Origin: Oscillospiraceae bacterium
GTDB taxonomy: Bacteria > Bacillota > Clostridia > Oscillospirales > Acutalibacteraceae
Length of the DNA stretch: 64,000 nucleotides
Direction of reading: 5' to 3'
NCBI GenBank assembly: GCA_022508845.1
Contig: JAFLUL010000001.1
Coordinates: 5,699 to 69,698 of the forward strand
In this document: in pieces, positions 36,351-46,875 of the stretch
Layout of the letters: each line of letters starts with the position of its first letter
How positions within the stretch are numbered: the first letter of the stretch is position 1
Made by a program: the position numbers and the translations under genes
The notes under the pieces: model-generated
Seen by the model: only the letters and a program-made list of their open reading frames with translations
What the model was told of the DNA's origin: nothing
Database searches by the model: none

Positions 36351-37181
36351 TTATTTTTTGAAAATATCTTCAAAGAGCGCAACCTTGGCGGCTTTCATAA
36401 TCTTGCTGCTTATCATGCTTGTTTTAACTCCGGCGATTCGGTTTCCTATATTCATAAGCTTTGAGTCAATGCCGAAAACCATCAGCTCTCTCTTTGAGGC
36501 AATTCCGCAAACTATTTTGTTTACCATCCCTTCGCACGATGAGCTGACTGCTTCTATCGCTTTGTTTGAAAAACCGGCGTTTTTTCCCTGAGATGAAAAG
36601 ATGTCGGTTTTTGTGAATCCCGGGCAAACAATAGCCGTGTAACATTCGCCCCTGTATTCCTCTCTTACCGCCTCGGTCAGACTTTTTAGCGCTGCTTTGC
36701 TTGCGGAATAAACGGATGTGCCCGCAAGAGTGCAAAGAGCCGCCGATGATGAAATATTTATTATTGCCGCTTTTTTGCTTTTTAAGATAATCGGCATAAG
36801 ATGATGCATTGAATAAACGGCAGAATAAAAATTGATATCCATTGCGCTCTTTATATAATCAACAGCGTAGTTACCGAATCTGTTGAACTTCGGTAAAATC
36901 CCCGCGTTATTTATCAGAACATCGGGGCTTATGTTGTTTTCCTGAAGATACTCAGCAAATTTTTCCCAGTTTTCTTCTTTTGAAACGTCAAAAAGCTGAT
37001 AGGAGAACTTATCTGCCTTTTCCCCGAGTTCTTTAACAACGTTCAGCATTTTTTCTTCGTTTCTCGCAATTCCTATTACGGTGCAGTTAAATTTTTGGAT
37101 CAGCTTCATCGCGATCCCTTTTCCGAGTCCGCCTGAGGCTCCGGTAATTACAACCGTTGTGTTTTCGAGCCAGTTTGCCAT
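36351..37181 (-). CDS. SDR family oxidoreductase
   Basis: TGASGGLG nucleotide-binding motif, NNAG, and YSASK (YxxxK). Confidence 0.85.
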   Translation of the reverse strand: MANWLENTTVVITGASGGLGKGIAMKLIQKFNCTVIGIARNEEKMLNVVKELGEKADKFSYQLFDVSKEENWEKFAEYLQENNISPDVLINNAGILPKFNRFGNYAVDYIKSAMDINFYSAVYSMHHLMPIILKSKKAAIINISSSAALCTLAGTSVYSASKAALKSLTEAVREEYRGECYTAIVCPGFTKTDIFSSQGKNAGFSNKAIEAVSSSCEGMVNKIVCGIASKRELMVFGIDSKLMNIGNRIAGVKTSMISSKIMKAAKVALFEDIFKK

Positions 37182-37334
37182 AAGAATTCACCTCTAATTC
37201 ATAGATTTTTAAATATATTAACAGATTGTTCATATGAATGCAAGCATTTTTTTTCATCAAAAATGCAGGTTTCGGCAGCCAAAATACGGTTGAGTTTATT
37301 TGCGGATTATGATAGAATAAAATGGGTGAGAAAT

Positions 37335-38933
37335 ATGAAGCAGATCATATCTTTTTTTATTTCGGTGTTTTTTATTGTTGATATGTTTTTTGTTGGATTA
37401 TGCCCTTCAAAAACGCTTGTTATCACGCAAACGGGAGAGTCCGCGGAATTTTACGTTGATTCTCAGAGCGAAAACGGACTTCTGAGGCTCGGTGTTGCAG
37501 GTGAACATAATCTCTTTGAACCGGGAGAGGAAATAAGCGTTGTTATCGAATGCCTCGATGAAGAGCTTTACGGCAAAAGGGCGAGGGTCAGCGTAAAATC
37601 CGAGCAGGCCGATTTTAATAAACGGGGATATATTGTTTTTTCGTCTGAATTTCCCTATAGTACGTTTAGTTTCTCCTCTGAAACGAACGGCATATATACC
37701 GTCAGCCTTAATTTGACCGATAGAAAGAATTACAGCTTCAGTTTGGGCATACTTCCCCGAAATGAACAGGCCGGAGGCGATTTCTTTTACGGAATTCAGC
37801 CCTATATAACGAGGGCGTATACTTGGGGTGAGGGATTCGGGATTCCGAATTGCTCCCCTGAAGAAAGCGTTGACAAAATTCTTGACGTTGTCGAATATCT
37901 CGGGGTTAATCTCGTTCGAGAGGACTCTGTTGGCTGGGGAGCTATGCAGAGTGAAGCTTTCGGCGAGGTGGATTTTTCCGCGCAGGATTTTCTTATAAAC
38001 AAAGTGACCGGGCGCGGTATTAAATATAACTGGCTTTTCGGATATAACGCGGGAGAATGGTCGGTTTCGGATAAATATAAAGAGGGCTATGATGAATCGC
38101 TCGGCTGGACATATCCGCCGAATGAAGAGCTATGGCTGGATTTTGCGGCAAAAACAGCGCAGCATTATTCAAAACATCCGGATATATTATGGGAAATATG
38201 GAACGAGCCGAACTGGGATTTCTTTAATGGGAGCGATGAAGAGTATTTTTCGCTTCTCGAAAAAACCGCGGCGGTGCTTAAAGATAAAAACTCTGATTTT
38301 TATGTTTATTCGGGCGGTCTTGCGGTTGCCGAAAAAGAGTCAAACTTGCCGTTTTATAGAAAATCCGCGGAGTTGATAAATAAAGACCTTCTGAATAATT
38401 TCGGCTACCATAACCACGATGGACTGGATAACTACTATGATTATATGGCTAAAATGCTTGAACTTACCGGCGGTGCGGGGCTTACCGGCGGCGGAATTAA
38501 CAGCGAAAGCGGCTTACGGGGTGCGCACGCCCCAACCATTGCCTGCAAAGCGTTATACACACGTTCATCGGGTGCTTCAGGTTTTGTTTCGTTCTCTTTC
38601 AGAAAAACCGTGACCCCGGAAAATGATATAAATGATTATGCGTTTTTCAGCGAAACGCTCCAACCCTATGACGCCGTTATAGCCTATGGAACCGTTATAC
38701 GGTTTTTGGGCAATGCGCGGTTTATAGAAAATATTTCAAACGAAAAAGATTTGATAATTGATGAATATGCCGAGGACGGAAAAACCATTAGGGTTTATTT
38801 CAGCCTCGGAAATAAAACAAAAATTTCCGCACCTGACGGCAGTTTTGAGGCCTATGATATGTACGGAAATCAGATTAAAACCGGCAGAAAGATTAAAGTG
38901 ACAAACAAACCGATTTATCTTGTTTTTGATTGA
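37335..38933 (+). CDS. Secreted or membrane-anchored clan GH-A glycoside hydrolase-like protein
   Basis: ATG 37335 follows gggtgag. N-terminal hydrophobic segment. LWEIWNEPNW contains the NEP acid/base motif typical of GH5/GH39-type enzymes. Confidence 0.55.
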   Translation: MKQIISFFISVFFIVDMFFVGLCPSKTLVITQTGESAEFYVDSQSENGLLRLGVAGEHNLFEPGEEISVVIECLDEELYGKRARVSVKSEQADFNKRGYIVFSSEFPYSTFSFSSETNGIYTVSLNLTDRKNYSFSLGILPRNEQAGGDFFYGIQPYITRAYTWGEGFGIPNCSPEESVDKILDVVEYLGVNLVREDSVGWGAMQSEAFGEVDFSAQDFLINKVTGRGIKYNWLFGYNAGEWSVSDKYKEGYDESLGWTYPPNEELWLDFAAKTAQHYSKHPDILWEIWNEPNWDFFNGSDEEYFSLLEKTAAVLKDKNSDFYVYSGGLAVAEKESNLPFYRKSAELINKDLLNNFGYHNHDGLDNYYDYMAKMLELTGGAGLTGGGINSESGLRGAHAPTIACKALYTRSSGASGFVSFSFRKTVTPENDINDYAFFSETLQPYDAVIAYGTVIRFLGNARFIENISNEKDLIIDEYAEDGKTIRVYFSLGNKTKISAPDGSFEAYDMYGNQIKTGRKIKVTNKPIYLVFD

Positions 38934-38954
38934 TTTATAAAGGGGGAAAACATA

Positions 38955-39815
38955 ATGAAAATTATTTTAACAGGCGCAAAAGGCTTTGTTGGCATAAGAG
39001 CGCTTGAGCATTTGATGAAAAAAGGGCACGAGGTTGAATGTATTGCATCCGAGGAGCTTCGCGGCGAGCTTAAGGGAGAAAGGTATGATGCTTTAGTTTG
39101 CAGGTTTGAGCGTTTTCAGCCTGACGCCGTTATTCATACTGCCGCCATTTCGGATATGGGACAGGCGGAGAGCGACCCGGATGCCTCTTTTCTTGCAAAT
39201 GTCCGCCTGCCGGAAATTATGGCGATCCTTTCGGAAAAATTCGGCTGCAAGCTCATCTCGTGCAGCTCCGATCAGGTTTATAACGGAACAACTCATATTC
39301 TTGTTCACAGCGAAGATGAGCAGTGCGCGCCCGCAAATGTTTACGGCCGCCATAAGCTGGAGGGGGAGAGGCGAATTGCCGAGATTTCACCGAACGCCGT
39401 TTCGCTGCGCCTTACCTGGATGTATGATATACCAACCTTTCGCGGACACACAAATTTCGGCTTTCCGCTCCAGTTAATTCGCGCCGCGGCGGAGGATAAG
39501 CCTCTTAAATTTTCCGTTAACCATTTTCGCGGTATGACCTATGTGCGCTCTGTTGCCGAAAATATGGAAAAAGCGATCTCTCTGCCGGGCGGGGTTTATA
39601 ATTTCGGAAGCGAAAACACTCTCGATATGTACAGCACAGCTTTAGCTTTTATGCGCTCGCTCGGCCTTGAAGACCGCGCCGAAAAGCTTATCATTCCCTT
39701 TGAGGAAAAAGAAAACAGTCTCGCAATGGATTGCACCCGCCTTAAAAGCTGCGGAGTAAGCTTTGAATCAACCGTTGAGGGTGTGGAAAAACTGCTCAGG
39801 GATTATGAGGGATAA
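38955..39815 (+). CDS. NAD-dependent sugar-nucleotide reductase/epimerase (RmlD-like)
   Basis: ILTGAKGFVG Rossmann motif and YGRHK (YxxxK). Confidence 0.6.
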   Translation: MKIILTGAKGFVGIRALEHLMKKGHEVECIASEELRGELKGERYDALVCRFERFQPDAVIHTAAISDMGQAESDPDASFLANVRLPEIMAILSEKFGCKLISCSSDQVYNGTTHILVHSEDEQCAPANVYGRHKLEGERRIAEISPNAVSLRLTWMYDIPTFRGHTNFGFPLQLIRAAAEDKPLKFSVNHFRGMTYVRSVAENMEKAISLPGGVYNFGSENTLDMYSTALAFMRSLGLEDRAEKLIIPFEEKENSLAMDCTRLKSCGVSFESTVEGVEKLLRDYEG

Positions 39816-39827
39816 ACGGGAGAATAA

Positions 39828-40256
39828 ATGAAGATCATAGAATATCAGAATAAATACAGAGACGATATGATTTTTATGGTGCTTGAAGCTAAGAACGCTT
39901 TAGGACTGGTGCCGCGCTTAAATGAGGATCTGCTTGATATTGAAGAGCATTATTTTTCGCGCGGAGATATGTTCTGGCTGGCTGTTGATGATAACGACAG
40001 GGTAGTTGGATGCATCGGCTACAACAGATGCGCCGAAGACATCGCCAGACTTCACCGTTTGTATGTTAAATATAATATGAAACGCCGGGGCATCGGAAGT
40101 GCGCTGCTGAAAACTGCCGAAAAACATTTGAAAGATGCGGGTTACAGATATTCCACCGTACACCTCGGCGGACAGGCATATTTTGAATCGAAGCAGTTCT
40201 ATCCCAAACACGGATACACGGAATATGAGCCGGGATATATGGGCAGAGAGCTGTAA
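39828..40256 (+). CDS. GNAT family N-acetyltransferase
   Basis: L.V....RRGIGSALL acetyl-CoA binding motif. Confidence 0.8.
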   Translation: MKIIEYQNKYRDDMIFMVLEAKNALGLVPRLNEDLLDIEEHYFSRGDMFWLAVDDNDRVVGCIGYNRCAEDIARLHRLYVKYNMKRRGIGSALLKTAEKHLKDAGYRYSTVHLGGQAYFESKQFYPKHGYTEYEPGYMGREL

Positions 40257-40284
40257 TACTGTTTTCTTAAAAAAGGAGTTTTTT

Positions 40285-41070
40285 GTGAACCTGCATTTTG
40301 AAAATCCCGGTTTTTTATATTCTCTTGACAGCATTCTGTTATTTCAAACGGAAGATGACTCTCCGTTTTGGTCTGACCCGATTTTATACTTTTACCCTCA
40401 GATAGACGGCTCGGAGCTTCAAAAAAGGGACGCATACGGAAAAAAGGAATATCTTTCAAATATACTGTTAGAAGTTTACAGCGGGCTTGAACCGGAGCTT
40501 AACCGCAAAATAAATCTCTATAACGATCACTTTGCGAAATACCGCCGTCAGATAGAAGCCGCTCTTTCGGATGCGTTTGGGTTTAACACCGAAACCGTTT
40601 TTAACGATCTTACCGGGAATATCACCCTGAACCCCGTGGGTCCGAGATTTTTAGAAGAGCATATTTTTGACGTTTTTTATAAAAACAGCGAGCGCGGCGC
40701 GCTTGGGATCTCAATTCACGAGATGATACATTATGTATGGTTTTTTGTTTGGAACAAACACTTTGGCGACGGCTACAACGAATATGAAAGGCCGTCAATG
40801 AAATGGATACTCAGCGAAATGGTTGTTGAAAGCATAATGAAAGATGAGCGTCTTTCTTCAATAAATCCGTATTTTCCGCGTGAAAACGGCGGTTGCGTTT
40901 ATCCGTATTTTCAGGATATGGCCATAGATAACGTGCCGATACTTGATACGATAGATTGCCTTTATCGAAAAAACAATATAACTGATTTTATGGAAGCGGC
41001 ATATCGCTGCTGTCTCCAAAACGAAACCGCCATTCGCGCTCATATTGAGGCGGCGGAAAAAAGCTTTTAA
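40285..41070 (+). CDS. Hypothetical protein with HExxH motif (HEMIH)
   Basis: GTG 40285 lies 7 nt after aaggag and is in frame with track ORF 40135..41070. Confidence 0.55.
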   Translation: MNLHFENPGFLYSLDSILLFQTEDDSPFWSDPILYFYPQIDGSELQKRDAYGKKEYLSNILLEVYSGLEPELNRKINLYNDHFAKYRRQIEAALSDAFGFNTETVFNDLTGNITLNPVGPRFLEEHIFDVFYKNSERGALGISIHEMIHYVWFFVWNKHFGDGYNEYERPSMKWILSEMVVESIMKDERLSSINPYFPRENGGCVYPYFQDMAIDNVPILDTIDCLYRKNNITDFMEAAYRCCLQNETAIRAHIEAAEKSF

Positions 41071-41090
41071 GAAATACTTAATAATTCTTT

Positions 41091-41127
41091 AACCCCCTTG
41101 TGTAAGCTTGGGGGTTATGTTATTTTG
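41091..41127 (+). terminator. Rho-independent terminator
   Basis: aaccccc-ttgtgtaagctt-gggggtt followed by a T-rich tract. Confidence 0.65.
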
Positions 41128-41193
41128 TATTTGAAAAACACGGGAAAGCGTTGTTTTTAAGGGAAAAATCGAAAATCAAAAGGAGAAAAAGAT

Positions 41194-41601
41194 ATGAAAA
41201 ATGCATTTGTTTTTATTATTGTTATCGCGTTTTTGCTGTCGCTGTGTTCCTGCGGAGGGAATGTGAAAAATGTTGAAATAATAGCTGTTGAATCCGATCT
41301 TTTTTCAAAAAGGGATATTGCCTCAGCCACAAGAACCGCTGTAAAGTATTTTGAAGATGAGTTTGAGGGGTGTACGCTGAAAAAGATTCAGTATATCGGT
41401 GACGATGAGGCGGAGAGCTTCAAAGAATGGGCGAACCAGTATGGTGCCGATGAGGCTATCGTTCTCGTTTCAACCTTTTATGTTGAGCTGTCAGGCTCAG
41501 ACGGTTCTCTGGAGCCGGGACAGACCTATGAAAACTGGCAGTGGGTTTTAGTTAGAAATTCGGGCGGAAGCTGGCGGCACGTTACCCACGGCTATGCATA
41601 A
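41194..41601 (+). CDS. Lipoprotein, function unknown
   Basis: Lipobox LLSLCSCGG after a signal peptide. Confidence 0.65.
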   Translation: MKNAFVFIIVIAFLLSLCSCGGNVKNVEIIAVESDLFSKRDIASATRTAVKYFEDEFEGCTLKKIQYIGDDEAESFKEWANQYGADEAIVLVSTFYVELSGSDGSLEPGQTYENWQWVLVRNSGGSWRHVTHGYA

Positions 41602-41634
41602 TGCAAGTTTGAAAATGAAAGAATAACGTGAAAT

Positions 41635-42498
41635 ATGAAAAAGATAATCAAACTAACGCTGCTTTTCGTTGTTTTAGCTCTAATTATCACAGGAATCGAT
41701 TTTCTGGGAAAAAATCCTTATTATCTCTTTATTGCAGGTGAGCATATCGGTGTTAACTGTGATAAAATCGAAATGAGCGCGGTATATCCCGATAATATAA
41801 AAATGATTTCTCTAAACGAATTAAAATCTGATAACAGGGTCAGGTTTGATCAAAGCGCCATACTTATAAATTCAGATTATCCGCTTCAGGAGGACTTTGT
41901 TCCGTCCTTATCCAAATATAAAGATACCGATGTTCAGATAAATGAATGTCTGAATAAAGCGTATGAGAAATTGTCCGCGACAGTGGGCGAAGAGTTCGGC
42001 AGCAAACTGTTTGTTTCCAGCACTTACAGAACGCAGGAAGAACAGCAGAAGCTATATGAAGAAGATCCGTCTAATGCAAATGCTCCCGGAACGAGCGAAC
42101 ATCAATCCGGTTTGGCGCTTGACGTTTATGTGAAGAATTATGCCGGCCTTGGTTTTATTAAATCGGATGCAGGACGGTTTGTTAATTCAAAGTGCTGGGA
42201 ATATGGATTTATTGTAAGATATCCGTCTTACGGCAAGGAAAAAACCGGAATGAAATATGAGCCATGGCATATTCGGTATGTGGGTAAGCCGCACGCTGAA
42301 ATCATCTATAATAACCGACTGACTTTGGAAGAATATATAGAATCCCTTCAGGACGGCGCCTGGTATGAGGCGGACGGCTATTTGATCTCACGGCAAAAGC
42401 CTCAAGAAAACGATATGTTATCCTTACCTGCCAACTTTACGAATGCGGTGATCTCTCCGGACAATACCGGCAGCTATATAATCACCGTAACTTGTTAA
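41635..42498 (+). CDS. VanY / M15B family D-alanyl-D-alanine carboxypeptidase
   Basis: SEHQSGLALD and EPWHIRYVG motifs. N-terminal TM anchor. Confidence 0.8.
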   Translation: MKKIIKLTLLFVVLALIITGIDFLGKNPYYLFIAGEHIGVNCDKIEMSAVYPDNIKMISLNELKSDNRVRFDQSAILINSDYPLQEDFVPSLSKYKDTDVQINECLNKAYEKLSATVGEEFGSKLFVSSTYRTQEEQQKLYEEDPSNANAPGTSEHQSGLALDVYVKNYAGLGFIKSDAGRFVNSKCWEYGFIVRYPSYGKEKTGMKYEPWHIRYVGKPHAEIIYNNRLTLEEYIESLQDGAWYEADGYLISRQKPQENDMLSLPANFTNAVISPDNTGSYIITVTC

Positions 42499-42509
42499 AT
42501 ATGTTTTTT

Positions 42510-42537
42510 GGGATATCCTTCGGCGATATCCCTTTTA
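42510..42537 (+). terminator. Rho-independent terminator
   Basis: gggatatc-cttcggc-gatatccc followed by tttt. Confidence 0.7.
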
Positions 42538-42597
42538 ATTTTAATAATTATGTGGTAATATTATCTGTGCATACAGCATATTCGCGGAGGAAATATT

Positions 42598-43269
42598 ATG
42601 GTTGAATCCAAAGGATGGAAATGGGAGATAGTTGATGATGACGAAAGCGGCATTTGGAAGAGCCCTTGTGTGGAATCATATTATCTGCTTGATCGCTGGA
42701 AACAGCAAAATAAAATGCAATTCCTCGATTTGGGCAGCGGATTGGGCAGACATTCAATTCAGTTTGGAAAAAACGGATTCAGTGTTCACTGCTTTGACAT
42801 AAGCGAAGAGGCAATTTTAAGAACAAAAGAATGGGCGAAAAACGAAGGCCTGTCTTTTAAATACGCAATAGGAGATATGCTAAAGCTCCCGTATGCAGAC
42901 GGGAGTTTGGATTGTATTCTCTGCCGTAACGTAATTTCACACACAGATACTAATGGGGTTAAGCAGGCTGTTTCAGAAATTTACCGTGTTTTATGCAAAG
43001 GAGGGGAGTGTTATCTTACTCTCTGCTCAAAAGCGACTTCGGAATTCAGCAAAAAAGAGCGTCCTTCGGTTGATGAAAATACGCGCCTCAGAATGGACGA
43101 TGGGCCTGAATATAAAGTTCCGCATTTTTACGCGGATTACGGGCTAATAAAAGAGTTGTTCGCAGAATTCAAAATTATTTCGATTGCACATATTGAGGAT
43201 TTTTGGGAAAAAGGAGGCGAAACAAATTCCTCATTCCATTATCATATACTCGTAAAAAAAGACGGATAA
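42598..43269 (+). CDS. Class I SAM-dependent methyltransferase
   Basis: FLDLGSGLGRHS motif I. Confidence 0.8.
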   Translation: MVESKGWKWEIVDDDESGIWKSPCVESYYLLDRWKQQNKMQFLDLGSGLGRHSIQFGKNGFSVHCFDISEEAILRTKEWAKNEGLSFKYAIGDMLKLPYADGSLDCILCRNVISHTDTNGVKQAVSEIYRVLCKGGECYLTLCSKATSEFSKKERPSVDENTRLRMDDGPEYKVPHFYADYGLIKELFAEFKIISIAHIEDFWEKGGETNSSFHYHILVKKDG

Positions 43270-43331
43270 ATTATAAAAAAATTTGAAACGTTTTGCTGTT
43301 ATCGAAGTCTTATAGCTGAGGAGGTGAGAGA

Positions 43332-43823
43332 ATGGCGGATTTTGAGGCAATATACACCCTGCATTTCAATAACGTTTATAAATATGTTTTTTCACTTTGC
43401 CGGGATGAAGCGTTGGCGGAGGAAATCACTCAGGAAGCATTTTTTAAGGCGATGGAGCATTTGAGCCGCTTTGACGGAAAATGCACTCTCTATGTCTGGC
43501 TATGTCAAATTGCTAAAAACACATATTATACATACCTTAAAAAGCAAAAGCGTTTTGTGCCTGAAACTGATATTGGCCTATCCTGGCAAACAGAACCGGA
43601 CTTTGAAGTTATGCTTTTTGATAAGGAAAGCGCTTGGATGCTTCATAAACTATTGCACCGGCTGGATGAACCGTATAAAGAAGTTTTTTCATTGAGGGTT
43701 TTCGGAGAGCTGCCATTCTATCAAATCGGAGAGCTGTTCGGAAAATCGGACAGCTGGGCAAGGCTTATCTTTTATCGGGCAAAAAATGAACTCAGGAGGG
43801 GTTTCGATGAGCGTAAAGTGTGA
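43332..43823 (+). CDS. ECF-type RNA polymerase sigma-70 factor
   Basis: Region 2 (AEEITQEAFFKA) and region 4 HTH (YQIGELFGKSDSWARLIFYRAKNEL). Confidence 0.85.
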   Translation: MADFEAIYTLHFNNVYKYVFSLCRDEALAEEITQEAFFKAMEHLSRFDGKCTLYVWLCQIAKNTYYTYLKKQKRFVPETDIGLSWQTEPDFEVMLFDKESAWMLHKLLHRLDEPYKEVFSLRVFGELPFYQIGELFGKSDSWARLIFYRAKNELRRGFDERKV

Positions 43824-44574
43824 GCTTATTAGGGATTTATTGCCGCTATACTGTGACGGCGTTGCAAGCGAGGAAAGCAGAAAAACAGTTGAGGAGCATT
43901 TGCAAGGCTGCAATACTTGCAAAGAAGAATTGGGGCTGATGGCTGCTGATTTTAAAACTGTTTCTGCACAAACGGAGGATAAGAAAACAGCAATGGCAGC
44001 CGCCGCAGCTTTTAAGAAAATGAAGCGTAAGACGTTTCTTATCGATTTAGCTATCGCGCTGTCGGCTGTTCTGATTTTGGCGGGGGCGTTTGCGGGCTTT
44101 CATTGGTTTTCTTCTGCGCCGAGAGATGACCTTGACGCGCTTGCCCGAAAGGCAGCAGACTATTTTCACGCGGATGAATTAACCGTTACGAAAACCGCGC
44201 AAAGAGGGAACTATTTTGCGGCGCTCTGCACAGACAGTGACGGCAAATGGTATATGTGTGAATATGACAGAGATAAAATATTTGAAGATCGCTGGCTTGC
44301 CTGCGGCGGTTCGCCCGGCTTTAGCGCCGGCGAAATAGGAAGCTGGAATTTTGGCAGTTCTCAAATGGAGGCCGTCATTATCTTTTTCGGTGTTGATCTT
44401 TCGGATAAAGCGCGCTTTTATATGTTCAAAAATAACGGTATAACCTATACCTGCCCTATAGAAAACAATACCGTGCTTGATATATTTATTATTGCCGATG
44501 GCTATAGTGACATTAACGCCGGCGGTTTTACCGTTCTTGACGAAAACCTCCAGCCGCTGAGAGATAATCGGTAA
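43807..44574 (+). CDS. Anti-sigma factor (zf-HC2) with one TM segment and an extracytoplasmic domain
   Basis: ATG 43807 overlaps the end of the sigma gene. H-x3-C-x2-C motif as EEHLQGCNTC. Confidence 0.75.
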   Translation: MSVKCELIRDLLPLYCDGVASEESRKTVEEHLQGCNTCKEELGLMAADFKTVSAQTEDKKTAMAAAAAFKKMKRKTFLIDLAIALSAVLILAGAFAGFHWFSSAPRDDLDALARKAADYFHADELTVTKTAQRGNYFAALCTDSDGKWYMCEYDRDKIFEDRWLACGGSPGFSAGEIGSWNFGSSQMEAVIIFFGVDLSDKARFYMFKNNGITYTCPIENNTVLDIFIIADGYSDINAGGFTVLDENLQPLRDNR

Positions 44575-44598
44575 ATTGAATTTTTGTGAGGTAAAAAT

Positions 44599-45078
44599 AT
44601 GAGAAGAAAAGACAGAGAAGTGACAGATCCGAAAAAGATCGCAGAAGTAATAAGCCGCTGCTCCTGCTGCAGAATCGGTTTTTATGATGATGGGGAAGTA
44701 TATATTGTTCCTCTGAACTTTGGATATACGGCAGAAGATAATAAATATACTCTATATTTTCACGGGGCAAAAGAGGGAAGAAAAATTGAATTGATCCATA
44801 AAAATCCAAAGATCGGCTTTGAAATGGATACGGATCACGAGGTTTACGCTCTCAAAGAGGAAGCTCTTGCCTGTGAACATACCGCACGCTTTCAAAGCGT
44901 TATCGGTAACGGCATAATAAGTATGGTAACTCAGGCTGAGGAAAAGAAAAACGGGCTTTCGCTTATTATGGAGCATAACACAGGGAAACGCGGATGGGCT
45001 TTTAACGAAAAGATGCTCAATGCGGTCGCTGTTTTTAAATTAGAGATCACAAATTTGAGCTGTAAAGAGCATAAATAA
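44599..45078 (+). CDS. Pyridoxamine 5'-phosphate oxidase family flavoprotein (NimA-like)
   Basis: MRRKDREVTD...V.LNFGY...LYFHGAKEGRK is typical of this family. Confidence 0.75.
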   Translation: MRRKDREVTDPKKIAEVISRCSCCRIGFYDDGEVYIVPLNFGYTAEDNKYTLYFHGAKEGRKIELIHKNPKIGFEMDTDHEVYALKEEALACEHTARFQSVIGNGIISMVTQAEEKKNGLSLIMEHNTGKRGWAFNEKMLNAVAVFKLEITNLSCKEHK

Positions 45079-45167
45079 GAAAGAGGCTTCGCCGCATCCT
45101 GCGGCGAGGCCTCTTTCGGTTACGCCATCGCCGCCCTATAGGGCAAAAGTCGGCGGACGTTAAATTT
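45077..45167 (+). repeat. Structured repeat R2, copy B
   Basis: gaaagaggc...gcctctttc hairpin, then ggttacgccatcgccgccctatagggcaaaagtcggcggacgttaaa plus a T-run. Aligns with the reverse complement of 13805-13895. Confidence 0.6.
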
Positions 45168-45169
45168 TT

Positions 45170-45880
45170 TTATTTTAGCAGTATCTCAGCGTTTGTGCCA
45201 TAGAAAATGTCGCTGTGTCCTGCGATCTTTTCACAGAAGCGTTCTGCGGTATCCCAGGTATTATGAATGTCAAATTCATAGCTGTGTCCCCAGATATAAA
45301 AGAGCATAGGCTCCTGTGGGTCGGCTGCAAGAAACTCATCTGCAAGTGCAAAGAGCTTTTCCGTTTCGATCATATGAACGGTGGGATGAAGAGTAAAGAG
45401 ATTTTTCGGAAGCGAAAAATTGTAAGTTGCAACGGTGGTGCGCGCATAGGAAACGGTGTTATTCCTTTTAAGCAGCTCGGCAACTTCGGGGGTGTAGTTT
45501 ACTCCGCCGCCGGGATAAGCCATGCCAACAACATTTTGTCCCGAGAGCGCGCTGAGATTTTTTTTGTCCTCTGTTACCTGCCTTAAGATTTCGCTTTCGT
45601 CCGTTAACTCGGCAAGGTTTGGGTGGGTCAGAGTGTGCGCGGCCACTTCGTGGGAGGAGTAAACTTTACGCACCTCTTCAGGGCGGATTTTATTGTGGCT
45701 CACCCTTTCTCCCTCGCGGACAATCTCTCCGTTCAGGCCCAGCAATTCGGAATTGATGTTAAAGGTACATTTAAGAGAGAATTTATTGAAAATTCTGATA
45801 AGGCGAATGTCCTGAGTTACGCCGTCGTCAAAGCTGAAGGTCACAGCCTTCATTTTTCCGTTCCACATATTTGCCTCCAA
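45170..45880 (-). CDS. Polysaccharide deacetylase (CE4 / NodB homology)
   Basis: FSFDDG and HTLTHP motifs. Confidence 0.8.
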   Translation of the reverse strand: MEANMWNGKMKAVTFSFDDGVTQDIRLIRIFNKFSLKCTFNINSELLGLNGEIVREGERVSHNKIRPEEVRKVYSSHEVAAHTLTHPNLAELTDESEILRQVTEDKKNLSALSGQNVVGMAYPGGGVNYTPEVAELLKRNNTVSYARTTVATYNFSLPKNLFTLHPTVHMIETEKLFALADEFLAADPQEPMLFYIWGHSYEFDIHNTWDTAERFCEKIAGHSDIFYGTNAEILLK

Positions 45881-45960
45881 AATAATGATTGTATTTTTTT
45901 AAATTTATGATATTATAAATCTGATGTTTTTTGAATTCAAGTTTTTTTAGGAGGACAAAT

Positions 45961-46875
45961 ATGAATAATATAAAAATAGGCGGTGTTTTGAATGCAAGCG
46001 CGGTGGCTATGGGCTGTATGCGGCTAACAAACGTTCAAGGGGATATTGACCGTGTTATAGGTACGGCTCTGGATGAGGGAATAAATTTTTTTGACCACGC
46101 GGATATTTACGGCGGCGGCAGATGCGAGGCGCTTTTTGGCGAATATCTTTCTTCTCATAGGGATATAAGAGACAAAATTATTATTCAAACCAAGTGCTCT
46201 ATCCGTCCCGGACGCTATGATTTTTCAAAATCGCATATTCTTTCGTCCGTTGAAGGGTCGCTGAAAAGGCTTAAAACAGACAGCGTGGATATACTGCTGC
46301 TTCACCGCCCGGATGCTCTTATGGAGCCGGAAGAGGTTGCCGAGGCGTTTAATGAACTCCAAAGTTCGGGCAAGGTTCGGTATTTCGGCGTATCAAATCA
46401 CAATCCCCTGCAAATTGAGCTGCTTAAAACCGCAGTAACGCAGCCGCTTATTGTTAATCAGATGCAATTGTCTCTTACGGAGGCAGGAATGATAACGTCG
46501 GGACTTAACGTTAATCTAAAAAACAGCGAATCGGTTATGCACGACGGAAGTGTTCTCGACTATATGCGCCTTAAGGGTATGACGCTGCAGGCCTGGTCTC
46601 CTTTCCAGCAGGGCTTTATAAAGAGCCCGTTTGTTGGGGATTATGAAAACTTCCCCAAGCTGAATGAAAAGCTCGATGAGCTTGCAAAAAAATACGGGGT
46701 TGAGAGCGTTTCCGTAGCTGGCGCGTGGATACTTCGCCATCCTGCAAAAATACAGCTTATTTCAGGCTCAATGAACCCCGAGCGCATTCGCGCCATTTGC
46801 GCCGGTGCGGATATCACTCTCTCAAGAGAGGACTGGTATGAGCTGTATCTTGCGGCAGGCTACCGTTTGCCCTAA
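45961..46875 (+). CDS. Aldo/keto reductase
   Basis: ATG 45961 follows aggagg. FFDHADIYG, LLLHRPD and GVSNH motifs. Confidence 0.85.
   Translation: MNNIKIGGVLNASAVAMGCMRLTNVQGDIDRVIGTALDEGINFFDHADIYGGGRCEALFGEYLSSHRDIRDKIIIQTKCSIRPGRYDFSKSHILSSVEGSLKRLKTDSVDILLLHRPDALMEPEEVAEAFNELQSSGKVRYFGVSNHNPLQIELLKTAVTQPLIVNQMQLSLTEAGMITSGLNVNLKNSESVMHDGSVLDYMRLKGMTLQAWSPFQQGFIKSPFVGDYENFPKLNEKLDELAKKYGVESVSVAGAWILRHPAKIQLISGSMNPERIRAICAGADITLSREDWYELYLAAGYRLP

Noticed and set aside
36183-36464. 93-aa plus-strand ORF.
   Set aside because: It runs through a terminator hairpin and then antisense into the 3' end of the SDR gene. It has a TTG start and no RBS.
37840-37862. attcgggattccgaatt inside the glycoside hydrolase gene resembling the repeat arms. 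Similar short matches occur at about 50870-50900 and 63725-63745.
   Set aside because: They are short, lie inside intact coding frames, and have no partner arm or core. They are likely chance matches.
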